Shown here in pieces: positions 60,703-64,000 of a stretch of DNA of 64,000 nt. Origin of the DNA: Paragordius varius (taxonomy: Eukaryota; Animalia; Nematomorpha); the NCBI GenBank assembly GCA_964247055.1, contig OZ176053.1, positions 8,060,001-8,124,000 on the forward strand, in the 5' to 3' direction. The translations under genes were made by a program, and so were the position numbers. The notes below the pieces were generated by a model. The model searched no databases and was not told where the DNA came from. It saw only the letters and a list, made by a program, of their open reading frames with translations. Each line of letters begins with the position of its first letter. Position 1 is the first letter of the stretch.

Positions 60703-63130
60703 ATGAATAAAGGACCGTCTTATGGATTAAGTGCTGCAGTAGCGGCCAAAGTAATATATTTATGCATTTCATTTTTGGTTTTTCGTGATTTTTTAAAGCA
60801 TATTAAAAATAATATTTAGGAATTAATTTTTAATTCATATAAATCTATATATATAAATATTGGTTTGCTAAAAAATTAAAAAATATGATTTTTGATTGCA
60901 AAAACATCAGTTGTTCTCCTCTAATTTAATTTTTCTTCATTACAAAAAAAACCTTGAAAATTTTTGAAAAATATGTATGTGAGATATATAAATATCCAAT
61001 AAGATAGTTGAACAAAGGTCAGTTTTTAAATTGCAATTTATTAATCAAAACATCAAATCATGATGCAGATTTTATAGCTTGTTTCCGTTCAATCTTGTAC
61101 ATTTACAATAAATAATACTTAAATTTTTTTGGCTGTTGAATTATTTATTCAATCATTTGATAGATAATTATAATATAAACAGATTCCCCTTAAATTAAAC
61201 AGATAATTAAATTTATTATATCAATCAAGCAATTCTTATTTTTGTTTTGTCCTCTCTGTCTTAAACTTATTTTTTTCTCCCAAATATTAACATTTAACTT
61301 ATCAACAATTATCATGAATTCTGGTCCAGCTTATGGTTTAAGTGCTGCTGTAGCCCAAAAGGTATTACATATCGGCCATGTTCTTTATTCAGAATTACTT
61401 AAAATTTACTTTAACTTTAATTGCAAATAATTGGTTATTTTTTGAAATTCCGATTTGGGCAGATATTATTATTTTTTGCGCGTAAATGTCTAAATTTATT
61501 TACTATATAATTTTATTAAACCGTGTAATAAATATAATTATGTAAGATTTTTAGTTAGTTTTTTACGGTTTTTATGGATACATAATAATTTGATATAAAA
61601 TCGAAATCTCCACGCAATAAAAACATGGCGACGAGCCACCTCTAATTCCCAATAATTTATTGGTTACTTATCTTCTATCCCACAATTTTTTGTTTTCTTT
61701 TATTGAAAAGAGTTATATAAGTTAGGGGTGTCAATAAAATTATCGGTTTTTTTCACATTCAACCAATTTTCCACACCAAGGTCACAATGCGAAAATCAAT
61801 CGATTTGAGAGAACAAATGTTTCTATCTTATTATATTTTTTTGCAACTTAATAACTATTTAACACAATCAAAATCGTAATATTAACAGTATAATTGCTAT
61901 TTCACAAATCGATATAATTATTTTTCCCTTTGTCACATGTAAAATTGGGCTAGACTATATATATATTATGTGTTGGTTGGTATCATTAGAATAAAAACTA
62001 GTTAATTAAATATCTATCCATAATTTATCTGTATGACTCATTTTTTATGTATGACTCATTTTTCATATATGACTCATTTCGACAAATTTGGCGATATAAT
62101 GGGAATAAATAAGTGGCTTTAGGTTAAAAAATATATAATTCAAAAATTAACAGTTTTTGACTAAGATTAGGCCTGGTTTTTTATTTACACTTTTAGCATT
62201 AAAGTAATTTATATTAATTATAGTTGGCTTCAAAACGTGATCCCGAACAAGAAGAACAAGTTAAACAATGGATTTCTACCATACTGAAAGACGAGGGCTT
62301 TCAATGGGGATCATCCTATGAGGATACCTTAAGAGATGGAAAAGTTTTATGCAGGTAAAAATTTCTTTTTGCTTTTTTACTTACTTAAATCTCTTGGTTA
62401 ATAAATATTGGCAGTGCATGAATATAATATCTATTTCCCGGTTGACTTTTATGATTACGATACTAGAGTGATGAATAAATTACAGCCCGGTATCATCAAA
62501 AAGATAAATGACAAGGGAGGCGACTTCAAAATGATGGAGAATATTACAAATTTCCAAAGAGCTGCAAAAGAATATGGTGTCCCAGACCTTGACGTTTTCC
62601 AAACTGTGGATCTATGGGACAAACGTAACATTTCACAAGTTACACAATGTCTTTTCGCCATTGGTCGTGTGGTAAGCTTCACTAATTTATATCGGTTTTT
62701 ATATAAGCGATTACAGCGAATTTTAGCAGATAAATTCTACCCATGTTTAATACTTATATATATATAGGCTCAAAACAAACCCGGATACAATTTCCCCATT
62801 CTAGGTCCCAAACTTTCGGAAGAAAATAAACGCAATTTTTCAGAGGAAACACTGCGTGCTGGTACATGAATCTAACTAATTCAACAATAATTTGTTTTAA
62901 AAAAAAGTTTTTTACTGATGTGCATAGTAAAAATGTCATTAAAGAATATATGTATCATTAACTAAAAAATACTTGCTTTCTTAAAACCAAATTTTATTTT
63001 AATATTATTTCCCTTGCTTACCATATTTTTTAATATCTTTTTAGGTGAGGGTATAATAAATCTTCAAATGGGTTCCAATAAAGGTGCCACTCAAAAGGGT
63101 ATGAATTTCGGAAACACAAGACACATATAA
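60703..63130 (+). CDS. Calponin-family actin-binding protein (transgelin / Mp20 / myophilin type; CH domain plus one calponin repeat) with two alternative first exons
   Basis: Exon 1a 60703-60750 or 1b 61314-61361 (GP.YGLSAAV..K), then 62224-62354, 62467-62671, 62768-62861, 63045-63130: KRDPEQEEQVKQWI...LRDGKVLCRVMNKLQPG...FKMMENITNF...YGVPDLDVFQTVDLWDKRNISQVTQCLFAIGR...LGPK...I.LQMGSNKGATQKGMNFGNTRHI*. Confidence 0.95.
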
Positions 63131-64000
63131 ATGCGAAAGTCAAAAATGTATAATCTTCTTCGTTTGCTAACTTATTTCGTTTTCGATCAATATTACTTGT
63201 TTCATATAATTTTATATTTAAACTTTGGTGGTTAAAAATTCGTAAATATTTTTTTCAATCCTTTCTTATATATTATGCAAACCTTGTGATTTTTAACATA
63301 ATTAACCTTTGTTCCTACTATTTTGGCCCTTACCTAATTTGAAGTTCCACACTGTATCAATTGTAACGATTGGTCGATTTTTTTCGTTAATGTAAATTAT
63401 AATTTTTCAAAAAACCTTATTTCAACATATAATTAGTATTAATATTATTATTATGACTTATGTACTTATGAATAGCTTTTGTCCAAAAACTAACAATAAA
63501 CAATAAAAATGCAAATATATATCGAGTTTGTCTTAATATAAGTTAGATCGCTCGCTATGAATTCAGATGATAATCAAATTAAAAATTTTGGATTAAACAA
63601 AATGTGTAATATATATATACTATTCTGTACCACAACATTAAGGTTTACATTATGATATACATTTTATAGTGTGTCAAATGAGCTCATTTTTACTTTTTAA
63701 CAGACCAAAAATTAAATAGGAAGGATATGTGGGTTGTTAAAAATGCTTATATAAAAGAAAAGGTGCAACAGTTGATATGTATTTCGCTAATATAAATTGT
63801 AAAACGATTTAAATTGACCATATATTTAAAATAAGGGCGTAAATGGCCTAAATCCAATATAGCTCCAACAATATATGATTTTTTAGCCAAAAAGCGTTTC
63901 TGAAGGTTTTTTAAATTTTTTACATGTTAAAATACCGAAAACGCTTTGATCAAAATTCTAATTATAGTTTAAGTATGCTAGAACTTCCGCAAATAATTTA

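Noticed and set aside
1-64000. Stop-codon reassignment or selenocysteine readthrough
   Set aside because: Every in-frame stop in the exons I traced falls in a removable micro-intron; in-frame stops remain only in decayed TEs and the NELFCD insert.

Overview
Very AT-rich animal (metazoan) nuclear DNA, read and spliced by hand; no database searches were run. I reconstructed 11 intron-containing genes: ABHD4/5 (3' end only, +), DAXX (+), an aquaporin (-), FANCI (-), DHDDS (+), NDUFAF4 (-), URI1 (+), TMEM94 (+, 5' end unresolved), EMC4 (-), NELFCD/TH1L (+) and a transgelin/Mp20-type calponin (+). Many introns are only 22-30 nt. Longer introns and intergenic DNA hold hAT, Tc1/mariner-like, piggyBac-like and foldback MITEs, a decayed RTE-clade LINE and Penelope-like relics. 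The main observations are: (1) a ~0.74-kb insertion with a perfect 18-bp target-site duplication splits the first coding exon of NELFCD, with a candidate in-frame splice rescue; (2) two head-to-head gene pairs have start codons only 57 bp and 28 bp apart; (3) a class of 22-26-nt introns, some with A-rich acceptors; (4) an inverted-repeat element in a FANCI intron carries a fragment of 18S rRNA; (5) FANCI has Arg at the monoubiquitinated-lysine position; (6) the aquaporin has NPI and an F-to-A filter change; (7) the calponin gene has duplicated alternative first exons. The lineage cannot be assigned from the sequence alone.
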